Positions 20,936-34,353 of a DNA stretch of 64,000 nucleotides are shown here, one piece after another (the first letter of the stretch is position 1; the number at the start of each line of letters is the position of its first letter). The notes under the pieces were generated by a model, which was given only the letters and a program-made list of their open reading frames with translations, ran no database searches and had not been told where the DNA came from. Source of the stretch: Amoebophrya sp. A120 (Eukaryota > Protista > Dinoflagellata); the NCBI GenBank assembly GCA_905178155.1, contig CAJINV010000010.1:248001-312000 (forward strand). Direction: 5' to 3'. A program made the position numbers and the translations under genes.

Positions 20936-22845
20936 GCATTTGACCTTCAGTTGTCGACCTCCGAATAAAGCACTAGATGCTTGCTTTGCTGGGCTGTACT
21001 TGTCCTGCGGCCAAGCACTCCATGGCGATTTTCATTTTCATCTTCAGAGGGCGGCATTTATTCTTGTCATGCTTGCATGCACATGCATATGCAACAAGCA
21101 TGATTGAGCCCCTCGAGCTCCTGAAGAAAAAGAAATTTGATTCAACACTAGGACGAGGAAGTAGTACGGAGCTCCTTGTTGTTCTAATTCTAATATCAAG
21201 ACGTGAAATAAAAATGGAGCGTCGATGTTGGAGTGACGAAGTAGTTTGGAACATGAAACTTGTTTGAAATATAAATTCATTACGACGACCTCGACCACGA
21301 CCCAGGCGCCATCCACAACACCATCCTGAAGGTAACATCTGACACTGACACGACCTGAACTACACGAACACCTCCATATGAAATCCGATCATAATTCTGA
21401 TCCTTGTTTGCAAGATTCACACGACGAATTTTCACGACGTATAGGATTCTTCATGCTGATGTTTCAGTGGACGAGTGGACGTCCTTCATTATCCCCTGAC
21501 GAGGATTTCTTTGCAAAAAGAGGAACAAATACCATCCCACGATATGAAAATGGAAAATGACGAAGCGAAGACGATTTCCATTTCTTGGAGCCGGTAGATC
21601 AGCAGACAGAAAGGTGAGCAAGTACGAACTTCTCTAGAAGGACCGAAATGAAGTACTTAGCTGCGATGTCATCATGATGTCCCTAAGAACGGGGAAACTG
21701 AACAAGACGCTCGTGAACACAAGAACCAGCTCGCTTCTGCTTGAGCTATGCGTTTATGGTACTTACGCTCTTCTATTTGCTTATTTCTTTTTTGGTTGAT
21801 TATGATTTTCATCCGACCTGCAACTGTGTTTCTGTTTCTTTCTGTGTAGCAGTTTACTCCTCCTGCTGTATTCTATGTATATGGCCAACGATCAAGTCAA
21901 AACTGTAGGCGCATATATGTTCTAATTTTATATGTAGTTGTTCTTTTGCGTCACTCCTTTTGAGCAACATAGAATTTCGTTTCAAAAAATACGTAACCTA
22001 CTGTTCCCTGCGACAGAGCCACCGCCGCGTAAAGTTAGAGGTACAACTGGGAATATGTTCTTGTAGAGAAAAAGTGTACTCTGCGAGTTCGACTACTAAA
22101 AGCTGGAATAGGAATACACATATTGATATTCCGTGCGGTTATTTCATCGGCGTTGTGCCATACTCGTGTCAACAAACTAACGTGGTCCTACCCTGCGGCT
22201 GCGGCCATGTTGTGTTGTCATAATTTGAAGCCTAATTCCAAGGGCAAGCACAGTCGGAATCTATCCCATTTCCAAGCTGTAAGTATGTACTTTTTCATGA
22301 TGCTGCATGCTGCTGAGCCAGATGCTCACTAATTACTAATACTTTTGATGAAGTAAAGAGAGAACCACGAGGACTCAAAGCATCATGAAGGGTTCAAAAC
22401 ATCAATAAATGTCGCTCCTCCGGGACGATGATCTACTCGGGCGCAATATGATTCAACGCACTACTGCCCCGAGCTCCTCGTCCGTCCTTGGGGCAACTTG
22501 AAGTAGAAGCTTGTTGCTCGACATGGTCGACAACCAGAGGAGCTGCGACAGGTCTACAACTAGAACTACATCTTCTTCTTCACTGCACAAGCGCATAGAG
22601 CACAAGCAAAAGCTTGTTATTTCTACTACACCCTAGAAATGCAGAGAGATGTTGAGGCCTCATTTTCGAATCAAAAGGTGTTGCAGTACCGGGTACGATC
22701 TAGTACTAAGTCTCGTAGAAAGACAAAGATCCAAAGATGAAGATGAACCCTTGAGGCGCTGCTCGACAAGAATAAATCAGGCCTTCTTGCTACTTTTTTT
22801 TACTCATTTTGCAACTAACGAGCAACTACACTAATGTCGCCACTT

Positions 22846-25800
22846 CTAGATATCGCCCAAAAACCGGTTTTGCTGCACCACTGGCAGGGCAGCCACCGCC
22901 TTTGCTACCACTTCCTTCCACGGAGCTGATAAACCTTCCGCAGAACAACAAGAACTACCTGCGAAATCATCACTCCTTTCCGACGAAAGTACATCCTCGA
23001 AGCTGAAGCTGCTGATGTCCGCAGTAGACGTGGTAGATGTGGACCTACTGGTACAACTACCACCTCCGCTGCTAGTACTTGTCATAATTTTCAACTTCCC
23101 GAGGAGGTCCGCAAACTTGCCCAAGATTTTTTTGTCCACCTCATCCAATTCCTTCTCCAGCCTCAGTACCCCCGCGTCTTGATGCAACAGTCTGTGCAAT
23201 TTCGAAACGGCACGGATCACGTTCAGCACCTCAGACAATTCCGCCTGCACATTAGCGTATCCGTAGAGCTCCTGACAAGCATTTTTCCGCCCGATTCGAA
23301 TCCCCGCCTGGGCTTTACTCCTCGGGAGCTTCTCGAACAGGGTTTTTGGGTTTTGAGTCGAAGTTGTGGGTGATACAGCTTGTGATGCTGTTGATGTTGT
23401 AGTACTGGCGGCAGTGGGACTGGGACCTCCTGTTCCATGCGGCGTGGTTTCCTTTTCTTGAGTTGCAGTCCTGCTTGAAGAAGGCGCGACGAGCGGACTA
23501 CTTCTCGTGCTGCCGGCGAAAACCGCGACTTTGGTTCTCACGTCATGCTTCAACTCTTCTAACTCGTATGGATTGCAAAAGTGTCTGGGTCTGGAAGAAT
23601 TGGAACTTGTCATGCGATTTCTGGAACAGTTAAAAATTTGTGTTGCATAAGCACCAAAAGCCTCCCATAATTTCTTGCTACGCAAATAGGGAATTTCCCA
23701 TGCGGGATTGACATCAGGAGGCCTGCGCAAGACCTGTAATGCTTTTGCGTGCAGTATAGCCCAGTTGCGTGATCCAGAAGATGCATGACAAACTCCTGCA
23801 ATCTTCCAGACCCAGACATTTTTACATTTGATAACTCACGGTGCTTCGCCAGTCGTCGCGTCTTCGCGTTGTCCTTCAAATAAAGTCCTGGAAAGACGAC
23901 GGCACTAGCAGGTTCTTGTTCATCAGGTAGACTTAGTTGTACGGGACCACCAGCTCCTGCACCACTCGCTGCAGATAAATATTTTGAAGGATACCCCGCC
24001 GCGGCCGCAGCATTCAGCGCCATTTTCTTGAAAAGCAAATCCTTGAAGCTCCTCAAATTCAACATCCTTCTCACCTCATCATCCTCCAGGAACCGTTCGA
24101 CTGCGGCGGCCTTGCTAACGTTTGGCAAGGTCATCCGGAGGACGGAGGTGGGGCCTCGAGATGAAGTGCAGTCGGACGAACCACCGTAACAAGACTGGCT
24201 CGTATCACTAGTACAGATCTCCCAATTGTACTTGAAACTACCCGCATAATTTTCCTCCAGATAGCTCGTCAGTGCCGCCTGCAGGCGAAGCTGGGCTCGC
24301 GTGATTTTAATATTCCACCTTTCGACGTCGTTCATCCTCATCGCGTGTTGTACTTGTAGTTCCGCTGCTGCTTCTTCATCCACCAGCGGTACTGATGTCA
24401 TGGACGACACTGTAGGCCCCCGCTGCACAGGCATGTTCGGCCAAACCCAGTCAGCACGGAGCGCCGGCGCGAGCTCGTTATTGTCTACCTTCCGAAGCAA
24501 AGTCTCTGCGTCGTAGAAAACGACTGGATCAACGTCATATGTACACGTAGTTTTTCTTTTTGCAGCTTCGTCGGTTTTGCTTTTCGACGTCGACGTCGCA
24601 CTGGCTTTAATGTTCTTCAGAGGAGCGCCCTCTTGTTCTCTCAGTTTCTTCGCAAATTCTTCTAGTTCCCTCTTCAGCAAAGAGGCCGAATCTACTGCTG
24701 CTGCTGGTCCTGGTGCCTCGTCCAAGAACATGTTGGTCCTCTTCTTCATCTTCGACAATCTCGATTTTTTATTTTCGACTTCCACGCTCTTGGTCTTCCT
24801 CATCTTGCTTTCTTGTGCTGCTAGCGCGTAAGTTTCCTTTCGGGATGTGAAGTGGAGCTTGATGTTTTCCCCGAATTCCGCTCTTCCTTCTGCAGTGAAG
24901 ACCTTTTCTTCCGCAAATCTCAGCAAGACGCTGAAGCCGTCCACTTGTAGTGCGTGTTGCTCTTGTCCTTGTTCAACAAAACCTAGTTGATGCCGTTCTT
25001 GCGTGGACCTACTACTTCTCGCTGCTACTGCTGCGTATGTCCACGCACCTGCTATCATTAATCCGGGCGGCGGTTGTTGTAGTGTGGCCGACGAGGACGT
25101 CCACCTGGTCGCGTGATAGAGAGGTCCTGCAGCTGCTGGTGCTGCTCCTCCTGCTCCCCGGCTGGAAGATGAAGCTTGTGCTTGCTCCACCGGTGGCGAG
25201 CTGCGGCTTTTGATGTCTTTCATATCCCGCAACGCGAACTCTTTGATCACTCTGCCGCCGAACCCTTGGACATAAGCACCGTTCACGTAAATTCCCGGGC
25301 TGGTCTTTGGATCGTAAAAATTATTATACGAAGAATTTTTAATATCGGAGGACGACTCGCGGTGGTCAACAACATCCAGAGCTGATGTAGCTTGGTCCTC
25401 GTCGACGTTCTCTTTGTCGTCCAGATAATTCTTTGCTAGAAGTTCCACATCGGCTCCTCGCTGTTCCACTCCCGCCAGCCGCTTGTAGCCCTCCTCAAAC
25501 TTTTTCGCAACCACGGACGGATTTTCCGCACTGACGGGGAGCACCGTCGTGGTCGCAGCTGCCCCGGTTGCTTGAAAGCGTTTCAGAGCCAAGACGTTTC
25601 GCTTGAACTGGGATATTAGCTCCTGGTGACATGTTCTACTTGGTACACGCCGGCTGTTGGTGTTGCTCTCTCTGGTTGTAGTACAACTTGCATTTCCTTC
25701 CTGATTCTCGTTTTCCACATTTAGAAGTGCAATACCCTGATCCTGAATCCCATCATCCTCCGCTTCGTCCAGGATGGGGAATAAAAAGGCCTCGTCCAAA

Positions 25801-27130
25801 TCCAGCACAACTAGCGGCTTATTGAGGTACTCCAGCATGGAGCGGAGAGCGGCCGGCTCATTTAACAATATTTTCTGCGACAGAACATCAACAAGAGGAC
25901 CCTGCTCACTGGAGCTGGCATTTTTGACGTCGCTTTTCTTGTCCTCGGAATGATGTTCTACTTGTTGGCCGGCTAGTACTGCTGGTGCTGGTGTTCCAGT
26001 GTCTGTTCGGCTTGTTCTTCCATTTGCATCTTCGACTACAGGAGCGCCAACAATTTCTGCTTCCGCAGGGACCACGTCGAACGCGGAAAAATGATGCTCC
26101 TGTTGAGCAGAGACTTTTCTTGGATCTTGGTACAATTTCTGTTCTCGTTTTCCCGGAATTGTTGTTGTAAACCAAGCCCCTGGAAGGTGATGTTGTTCAC
26201 CACTGCTGTCTTTTTTCAAGATCCCTTGCAAGGACGAGGGCCTGCTTATTTCCACACCTGCGGTTGAAGAGGCTGCGCTAGAGCTGCAAGTAGGTGAAGG
26301 AGCCGAAGGTTCTTGTTCTTCACTGCAATGGGTCCTCACGCCGAGGGCCTCAGCACGACTTCCCTGTTCGATGTTAGCCGCGACCCCAAGAACTACACTC
26401 GCTTCAGCCTGTAGTGACGCGGCAGCTTGTAGGTCGTGACCGTCCCGCCTTCGTAGTTCTTGTACAAGAACGTTCTGGGTGGAGTAGTTTTTTTCAAGCT
26501 GATATCATTTGTAAAAATGTCTGGGTCCTCTGGAAGAATCCAACTTGTCTGTCATGCTGATTTTGGATTCTAAACAAATCTGTATTGCATGAGCAGCAAA
26601 GAGAGTCCAAGTTTTGCTACACGGAAACACCATTTGTCATGCGGTATAGGCATCAGGAAGCCCTCACAAAATCTGTGACGCTAGGGCATGCATCACAGGC
26701 ATCAGCAGTCATGATGCAAAATGTGCATGACAAACCTGGCAATCTTCCAGACCCAGACATTTTTACATTTGATAGCTGACGCTTTACTTTCCGTCGTTCC
26801 TTTTCTTCGACGTACTGACACAGGAAGTCCCCCAATCCCGGCGGCTCGCCGTGGGCCTCCGCCGCGGCAGCGGCCGCGTTGGTGGGGGTCTCGCGGTGCG
26901 CGATGTGGCCCAGAAACGTCGCCGCGGTGGCGCACCAATCCAGAAGCTGGGGCGGGGTCGTGTGGGTCGTGGGGGCCGTGGGGGTGGTACTGGTAGTGTA
27001 GTTCTTCGCCGTTTTATTGGTACTAGCGGCGGAGGAAGTAGTTGTAGAAGTACTACACGCTGCGTCTTTCGTAAGAACAAGACCAGAAGTTTTTGCAGCT
27101 TCATCAAGAACACCGTAGACGACGGTCATT
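22846..27130 (-). CDS. Divergent Cof-type (IIB) HAD-fold protein with long low-complexity inserts; catalytic motifs degenerate
   Basis: LVVLDLDEAFL, PGIYVNGAYVQG, LPNVSKAAAVERFL and KVAVFAGS are colinear with the paralogue at 34354-37714; two introners; start uncertain. Confidence 0.7.
23567..23833. mobile_element. Introner family A
   Basis: A-type TIR; DR ACTCG/ACTCA. Confidence 0.88.
26503..26774. mobile_element. Introner family A
   Basis: A-type TIR; DR GCTGA; interior very similar to 16529-16793. Confidence 0.9.
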
Positions 27131-29367
27131 TTAGAAGCGGGCGGGAGACGAATCAATGAAAGTAGCTGGTGCAGCAAGTACGGCGGTAGTATCAATCTAG
27201 GTGTGTAGTTCCTGCAATTGGGTCTGTTGCGGTTGCTTGGAGTAGTAAAAATTTGTATCAAGAATCCAGAACACAACTGGGGTTCGGATGGAGATGGTTG
27301 CTATCAAACTACAACAGTTCTTCTTTCTTCAGTTTAAAAGTACACGTACGGCAGATATTTAACTTACGTAGACCACGAGTTTCTATCTTGCTCTACTCAG
27401 AGAAGTCGAGTATAGGAGGCGTAGAAGTGCTACAGCTACCAATACTTACTCAAGAACAATTTCAGGAACTGTACCTGTACCTGTTTCGAAGATTTTGGAG
27501 AAGACAGAAGAGAAAATGAGTCAAATACTAACTTCAAGACACATGTTGGAATTGGAATTTCATGTGGCCATGCCGAATCGGAAGAGACTACAAAGAGTCA
27601 GATCATGATCCCGTGACCGACCACCGAAACGAAGGAGGAGCAGCTCTACTGATCAATATTTGTTGATTTGTACTTCTACTTCTTTGTTTCCTTCCATGAA
27701 CGATACCTAAAGATCGGCTCCACGGAGGTGGCCAAGGAGGAAAGCTCGATAGCTTTGCTTTTGCACGAACCGATTTTTTCACGCAGATCTTTTTCTTTGC
27801 CTTCGTAGAAGATTTTTGATCTTGCCGATTTATTTTTTGTCATCAATTATGCTCGTATCTTTCACTTTCTCCTGAGAATGAAGCACGACAGCTCCAGCTG
27901 TTGTTCTACTACGTAGATATTAGGACCTACAGGATCCACGCGCACGCATGATCCCTCCACGGGGTTTGCGGGGCGCAATCGAGCTTGACCCTGTCCCCGG
28001 GCGGAAAACAATCCACTCATCCTGGTACGGACGAGCAAGAGTGTGTAGTAACCCTCTGCATTCATGATTTGGACGAACAGCGCAGGAGGTGAACAAGGAT
28101 TGTGCTTGTGCCTGGGCCGCACATGGTTCGGGAAGCGACTCAGAGCGCTGCACCGGCGGGCTCTGTTTCCAATGTTCCTGATGGCAGCATCAATGCGTCT
28201 TCGCTACTAGCGTCGTGTTGATTTTTAATTTTAACGCGGTCTTTCAATTATGGCAGCGGCGGGCTACAAGCTGCCTTGCGCCGCGTTCATCGTGCATCCT
28301 GCACTCTAGCGGATGCTGCTGCCTCTAGTACTTTGGCTTTGCAGGAGTAATATACAAAGTCGGTCCATGCAAGATGCGATCTTTGGCCGCACGGCAATGG
28401 TCATCATACATCAGTAACAAAAACAATGCCCAGTGGTCAGTGGTCAAAGAGGACGGGAGAGGACCAACGCGTTGGACGTGGAGTAGTAAGTACTCACGGT
28501 CTTGTGGCTAGCTCCTCTCCGTCCCGGTCTCCCTCTGAATGTAGTTGTGCCAATCAATACCTACACCATGCGTGAATCTTCTTAAACTAATCCTTAGCAA
28601 ATCAAAATAGGAAGCTTCCTTAGTAAATCTTCAAAACAGAAGTCTTCTACTTATAATCCTTTGGTAAATAAGCACGCAGGTTGGACAGCCTAGCTTATAT
28701 GAATTTCGACGAAGTGCAGCTATGGCTTCGCGACTTGTTGCGTGCTCTTGACTTTCATCGGTTCAAGCACCTCTTTCCCCGAAATTTTTCAAAGATCAAC
28801 AAGCTCCTTGCTTATGCTGTCGCGCTCACAAAAGTTTTTTCAAGCAGCTTGCTGGCCTTTGGTCTATAGTCGGTAGAAGAAAGTAAATTTGCAAATCATT
28901 TTTGTAGACAATTGCAAATACTAAAGCACAATACCAAAACAAGTGTAAAGAGAATTCCAAAACAATTCCATCCAGGTCGGGTTTGCTGCAATTCCGAAAC
29001 ACAACATTCTGTATAGCACAACACCGAGTCAGGATGTGATGACGCAATCAAAGATGAGAGAAAAGACAGCAGCGAGAACGAAAAGGCACGTCCTACGATA
29101 ACTTTGTCTGGCAGTAAGAAATCGCATACAAATACTAGCTCGCGCTACCTAGTGCAGCCGCATGCGAAATTGGAGACAAGACTATCCTGATTCTAATACG
29201 ACAATAAACTCCCAGGTAGTATTAGAAAATGTCTGCCATGTGGCTGCGCCGCCACGGGGTTTTTCGGCATGCAGGTTTGCATGACAACTCCGGGGTGGCT
29301 ACGTTATTGCGCAATATATCAAGGAGGGCGATAGAGATGAAGAAATCAAGGCGCGCCCTGCGATAAT

Positions 29368-32354
29368 CTAAAGGAGCGCTTCCTTCATCAAGTCGAGAAG
29401 CTGTCTGGCGCGCTCTTGCTGGCCATTATTCAGGTAGTAATTGAAAAGCGCGCGGAAGGTTTTTTCGTCAGGCGCTCCCACGGTTTCGTCCTTAGACATC
29501 AGGTCCAGGACCCTCTCAACGCCTTCGCTGATCTCGGTTTCGCCCCTCGGGTCGCCCGCTTTCGTGTGCGCCCTTATCCACATGTTGTAGGAAGCGACAT
29601 TCGGCACCACCCCCACATGCTTCATCCTTTCGAAAGTACGCTCCACGCCCGCGGGGTTGCCTTCCTTGGCGTGCGCGCCCATTATCGCACTAAAGGTGAA
29701 TATGTTCGGCTTCCGGCCTGCACTCTCCATCTTTGCCAGAGCTTCCTCGGCGGCCCCGGCGCTGCCGCTCCTAGCTTGGGCGCACACCAGGGCGCTGTAG
29801 CTGCGGACATCGGGGCGCAAACCTGCTTGCTCCATCTTCTGCAACGCCATCTTTGCGCCCTCAACGTCGCCTCTTTTCGCGTGGGCGCTCAGCAGGATGC
29901 CGTAGCTGACGACATTCGGGCGCAGCCCTGCCTGCTCCATCTTCTGCAACGCCATCTTTGCGCCCTCAACGCCGTCCCTTTTCGCGTGGGCGCTCATCAG
30001 AGTGCTGTAGCTGACGACATCCGGGCGCAGGCCTACTTGTCCCATTCGTCGCAGTGCCCTCTCTGCGCCCTCAACATTGCCGCCTTTCGCGTGCGCGTTC
30101 AGCAAGGTGTTGTAGCTGACGACGTCCGGGCGCAGGCCTGCGCGCTCCATCTTTTGCAACGCCTTCGCCGCGCCCTCAGCGTTGCCGCTTTTCGCGTGCG
30201 CGTTCAGCAAAGTGTTGTAGCTGACGACGTTCGGGCACAGGCCTGCTTGCTCCATCTTTTCCAGCACCCTCTCTGCGCCCCCAGCATTGCCGCTTTTCGC
30301 GTAAGCGCTCAGCGCGGTGCTGTAGCTGACGACGCCCGGGCGCAGGCCTGCGCGCTGCATACTTTCTAGAAGACGCTCCGCAGCCTCAGCGTTGCCACTT
30401 TTCGCGTAAGCACTCATGACAGTGGTGTAGCTGATTTCGTTCGGTTTCAAGCCTGCCTCCATCATTTGGCCAAGAACTCTTTCGGCGCTCGGGCCGTCGC
30501 CACGTTTAGCGTGCGCACTCATGAGCACGCTGTAGACAACGACATCCGGCGAGCTGACGACGCCCGGGCGCAGGCCTGCGCGCTGCATACTTTCTAGAAG
30601 ACGCTCCGCAGCCTTGGCGTTGCCACTTTTCGCGTAAGCACTCATGACAGTGGTGTAGCTGATTTCGTTCGGTTTCAAGCCTGCCTCCATCATTTGGCCA
30701 AGAACTCTTTCGGCGCTCGGACCGTCGCCACGTTTAGCGTGCGCACTCATGAGCACGCTGTAGACAACGACATCCGGCGCGACGCCCTCGGCTTGCATGC
30801 TGTTGAAGAAACTTTCTGCGCCCTTAACGTCACCTTCCGCAGCGCGGTCTGCTATTTGCTTCGTGATCTCCAAGAGCCGCGCGCCGTGACTCTCACCGCG
30901 AGATGAAAGGGCCCCGCTGATGGAAATCGGAATCGGTCCACCAGCTTCAGCTTTCCCCCGTCCCACGTCGCGCGACGTGGATCTACGACGAGAGCCCGGC
31001 CCTGTGCCGCAACCTTTCCCGCCGCTGCCTCCTCCGCGTCCCGTTCCCTTTGTCGAACGACACCCACCACCACGTATGCATTGCAAATGTGTGTGGGTCG
31101 GGAAGAATGGAGCTTTTCATGGTGCTCGGTCTCGATCTCAAAAAAATCTGTATTGCATGAGCGCCAACATTTGCCAAGTTCTGGCTACACAACAGGCGGA
31201 GTTTTCATGCGTAGGCATGACGAGGGTCTCGCAAGCTCGATGATGCTTCTGCACGCATTCCAGACAACGCGCGCGGCCCGCGACACGCATGACAAATGAA
31301 TCTCGCGATCTTCCAGACATACACATATTTGCAATGCATAACCGGTCCTCCAGCTGCATTTGCACCTTTCCCGCCAGAAGGGCCGCCGCCTGTGGAACGC
31401 GTAAGCGGTCCTCCAGCTGCATGCTGCCCCTCCCCGCCAGCCAGGCTATCGCTGATGGAAATCGAAATCGGTCCTCCAGCTGCATGCCCCGCTTCCCCGC
31501 CAGCCAGGCTCTCGCTGATGGAAATCGGAATCGATCCTCCAGCTGCAGTTCCACCTTTCCTGCGTCCCACGCGCGACGTGGATCTACGACGAGACCCCGG
31601 CCCTGTGCCGCCACCTTTTCCGCCGGTGCCTCGTCCGCGTCCCGTTCCCTTCATCGAACGCCAACCAGTACCACGTATACACTGCAAACATGTCTGGGTC
31701 TGGAAGAATGGAGCTCTTTATGGTGCTCAGTCTCGATCTCAAAAACATCTGTGCTGCATTTGCAGAGTTCTGGCTAGACAACCGACGGAGTTTTCATGAT
31801 TAGGCATAAGGAGGGTCTCGCAGGATCTGTGATGCTTCTGCACGCATAGCAGACCATGTGTGCGGCTGCGGTCCGCGACACGCATGACAAATAAATCTCG
31901 CAATCTTCCAGACCCAGAGGACATATTTGCAATGCATAATCGGTTCCCAAGCTGCGTTTTCGCCTTTCCCGCATCCCACGCGCGACGTGGATCTATGAGG
32001 AGACCCCGCCTCCCTGGTGTGTCCCTTGTTCGTCCAGGCCTTGCTCAATTCCGCGGCCTCGCGGTCCTTTTGCCGATTATAAAGCACCGCTCGCAACTTT
32101 TCATATGCGTGCGTTGTCAGCCGACAGCTCTCAGGTGCCTCCAGCAAATAGTAGAAACACTGAGTCGCCTCCTGTAGCTTTCCTGCGGCTAGCAGCTCTA
32201 GCACGTCGCAGCGTGACGAAACGGAGGAAGAAGCGGCTGCGCTGGAAGCGGCAACCAAGGTCAGATGCGAGGTTGCAAACAAACTAGTGCAAATGTTGTG
32301 CAGGCAGCCGAGAGCGCAGAACGCCCCTACTTTGGTGTAGCTCTTCAACATCAT
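29368..32354 (-). CDS. Pentatricopeptide repeat (PPR) protein with N-terminal leader; two introners
   Basis: About 12 tandem 35-aa repeats (PDVVSYNTLLNAHAKxGNxEGAxxxLxxMxxxGLR); exons join in frame after removing each element plus 5 nt. Confidence 0.9.
31075..31340. mobile_element. Introner, A-related, DR lost
   Basis: TATGCATTGCAAAT ... ATTTGCAATGCATA. Confidence 0.85.
31676..31938. mobile_element. Introner, A-related, duplicate of 31075-31340
   Basis: Same interior and same left flank (CCACG). Confidence 0.85.
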
Positions 32355-33200
32355 TGTAATCCTGCTTCCGGATGATCCGGATGTTTGTTAGAAGTTGGGG
32401 TATAATAATAATTTCTTCAAAAAAATTTTACTGATAGATACAACTTTTTTTTCAGCTTGTCTGTTGACAGGTGGGCTGCTTTTGACTTCTCGAAGGGATG
32501 TTACAGGCAAAAAGGTTTCAAAAAAGGAGAAAAAAGATCAAAATGTTGTTGAGTAGAACAAGTGATGCAATAAATACTGATGTGATTTGTTCGAGTTACA
32601 GCTTCTAAGGCCGTGAACGAGAGACAAAGAGGTCGACGTTGAATTTGAAGAGACTGTTCTTTTGAAAGAGAAAAAAAATGTACTACACAGATATATTACT
32701 GTTGGGCGAAGACTAGCCCGGACCGATCAAAAATACTTCAAATGATCAATCTGATGCTTTCGATTTAGCAGGAGATGATTTGTTACCGAACCTAGAAGTA
32801 CATTGGAAGATCACCTCACTCATGCCACCGATGGAAGTGAAACGAGCCTCGGATCCGATCATTTCTCATTCTTGCTCCTATTTTTCGTTGACAGAAGTGT
32901 GTGGAAGTGGATCTGATGAGATTGATCTGCTCAAATTGATTTTAGTTTCTTTTCATCCAATTATCTGTATCCCAGACCGCGCCGCTGGACTGCTTCTGAT
33001 CTTGTTCACTTCTTCAGGATTTATTCAAGAAATACGTGCATCACCGAAATATTGCATCTCTTGTGCTGAAGCTTTGAAGGTGTTGATCCTCGTCATAATG
33101 GTTTTCGTCGTGAGACTGAGAACACAACTGCTCCTTTCGGGCTCGGATTCGACTTCTACTTCGTCCTATCGGCGTTTTCATCTTCCAACTTTTAGATTTA
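32290..33200. repeat. Segmental duplication (leader peptide + upstream region), copy 1
   Basis: Colinear with ~37650-38500. Confidence 0.85.
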
Positions 33201-34353
33201 GCTGGGACTACTTCATTTGGCCGTGAATAATTCAAATGCTCATCATACATCCGTAACAAGAACAAATATGCCCAGTCAGTGGTGGAAGAGGACGGGAGAG
33301 GACCAAAGCGTTGGACTCGGAGTACTACTCACGATCTTACTAGATCCTCTCCGTCCCGCTCTCCCTCTGCATGTGCCAATCTCTGCATGTGCCAATAAAC
33401 AAAATAAAGAAGAATGCCTACACCTTGCAGGAATCTTCTTCATCCTTAGTAAACCAAAATAGGAAGCTTCCCAAAAGTGGAATCATCTTCCTAATCCAAA
33501 AAAAATAATTATGAAGCTTGTTAACCTTTGGTACTTCATCAGTCTGTTACGAATGATAAGAAAAAGATAGTAGTGATTACACCCAGCAGCAAGGGTTCCT
33601 GCTGCAGCTGTAGAGAAGGCGAGCCAACTCTTCCGCTGCCAAGGGGTGTACAACGGTGTTAGCTTCCCACCTTCCCCTGGCCCTGTTTCAAATTTGCGTA
33701 CTTAAGTGCGTAAGCACAGTTTCTTCTTCTTTCTTCGCCACTTCCAGCATCGTTTTCGTGCGTTGTTTCAATAAATAGCTTCTTGCTCCTCTTCCCAAGG
33801 TTAGTTGTACAACTACAGGAGTAGCGATCACATCCAATAAATTTTGATTTTCAACTACACAGCCAGCAATGAATTTTATTTTCCCAAAAAAAATATATGA
33901 ATAGTAAACTTTTAGTCGTGCTTCTCATGGTACAAAAAAAAAGTGCTCTTCGTCTCTTTGTTCGTCTCTTTATGGTAGCCAAAATTTTTCTTCTTAGTAC
34001 TAGCTCTAGTTTAACTACGTACTTCTATGTATAAGGCGCAACTTCTGCACGAAAAAATGATGACAAAACGCAGGTTTTGCAGAGCGAATTCTTCTGTATC
34101 ACAGAGGTGGCAGAAGTCCTCTTTACACTTCTCCACGACGAGTAGCACAGAAAAATTCTTCTGTTGTACCTGCCAGAGCGAGAGCAACTACAACTCAAGT
34201 AAGTACATTTCTTTAATCCTCGAGCTGCATCAGCAGCTACGTAAAAACTCACATGCCTCAGTCACGGCCGCTGCCCTACTTGCTCAAAAACAAAGTAGGC
34301 CGCTTCTTTTGTTGACGCAGCAAAAACTTCCCGACAGCACGACCGCCATGCAG

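Noticed and set aside
29183-29320. Possible family D introner downstream of the PPR stop
   Set aside because: TIRs too degenerate and no DR; cannot fix boundaries
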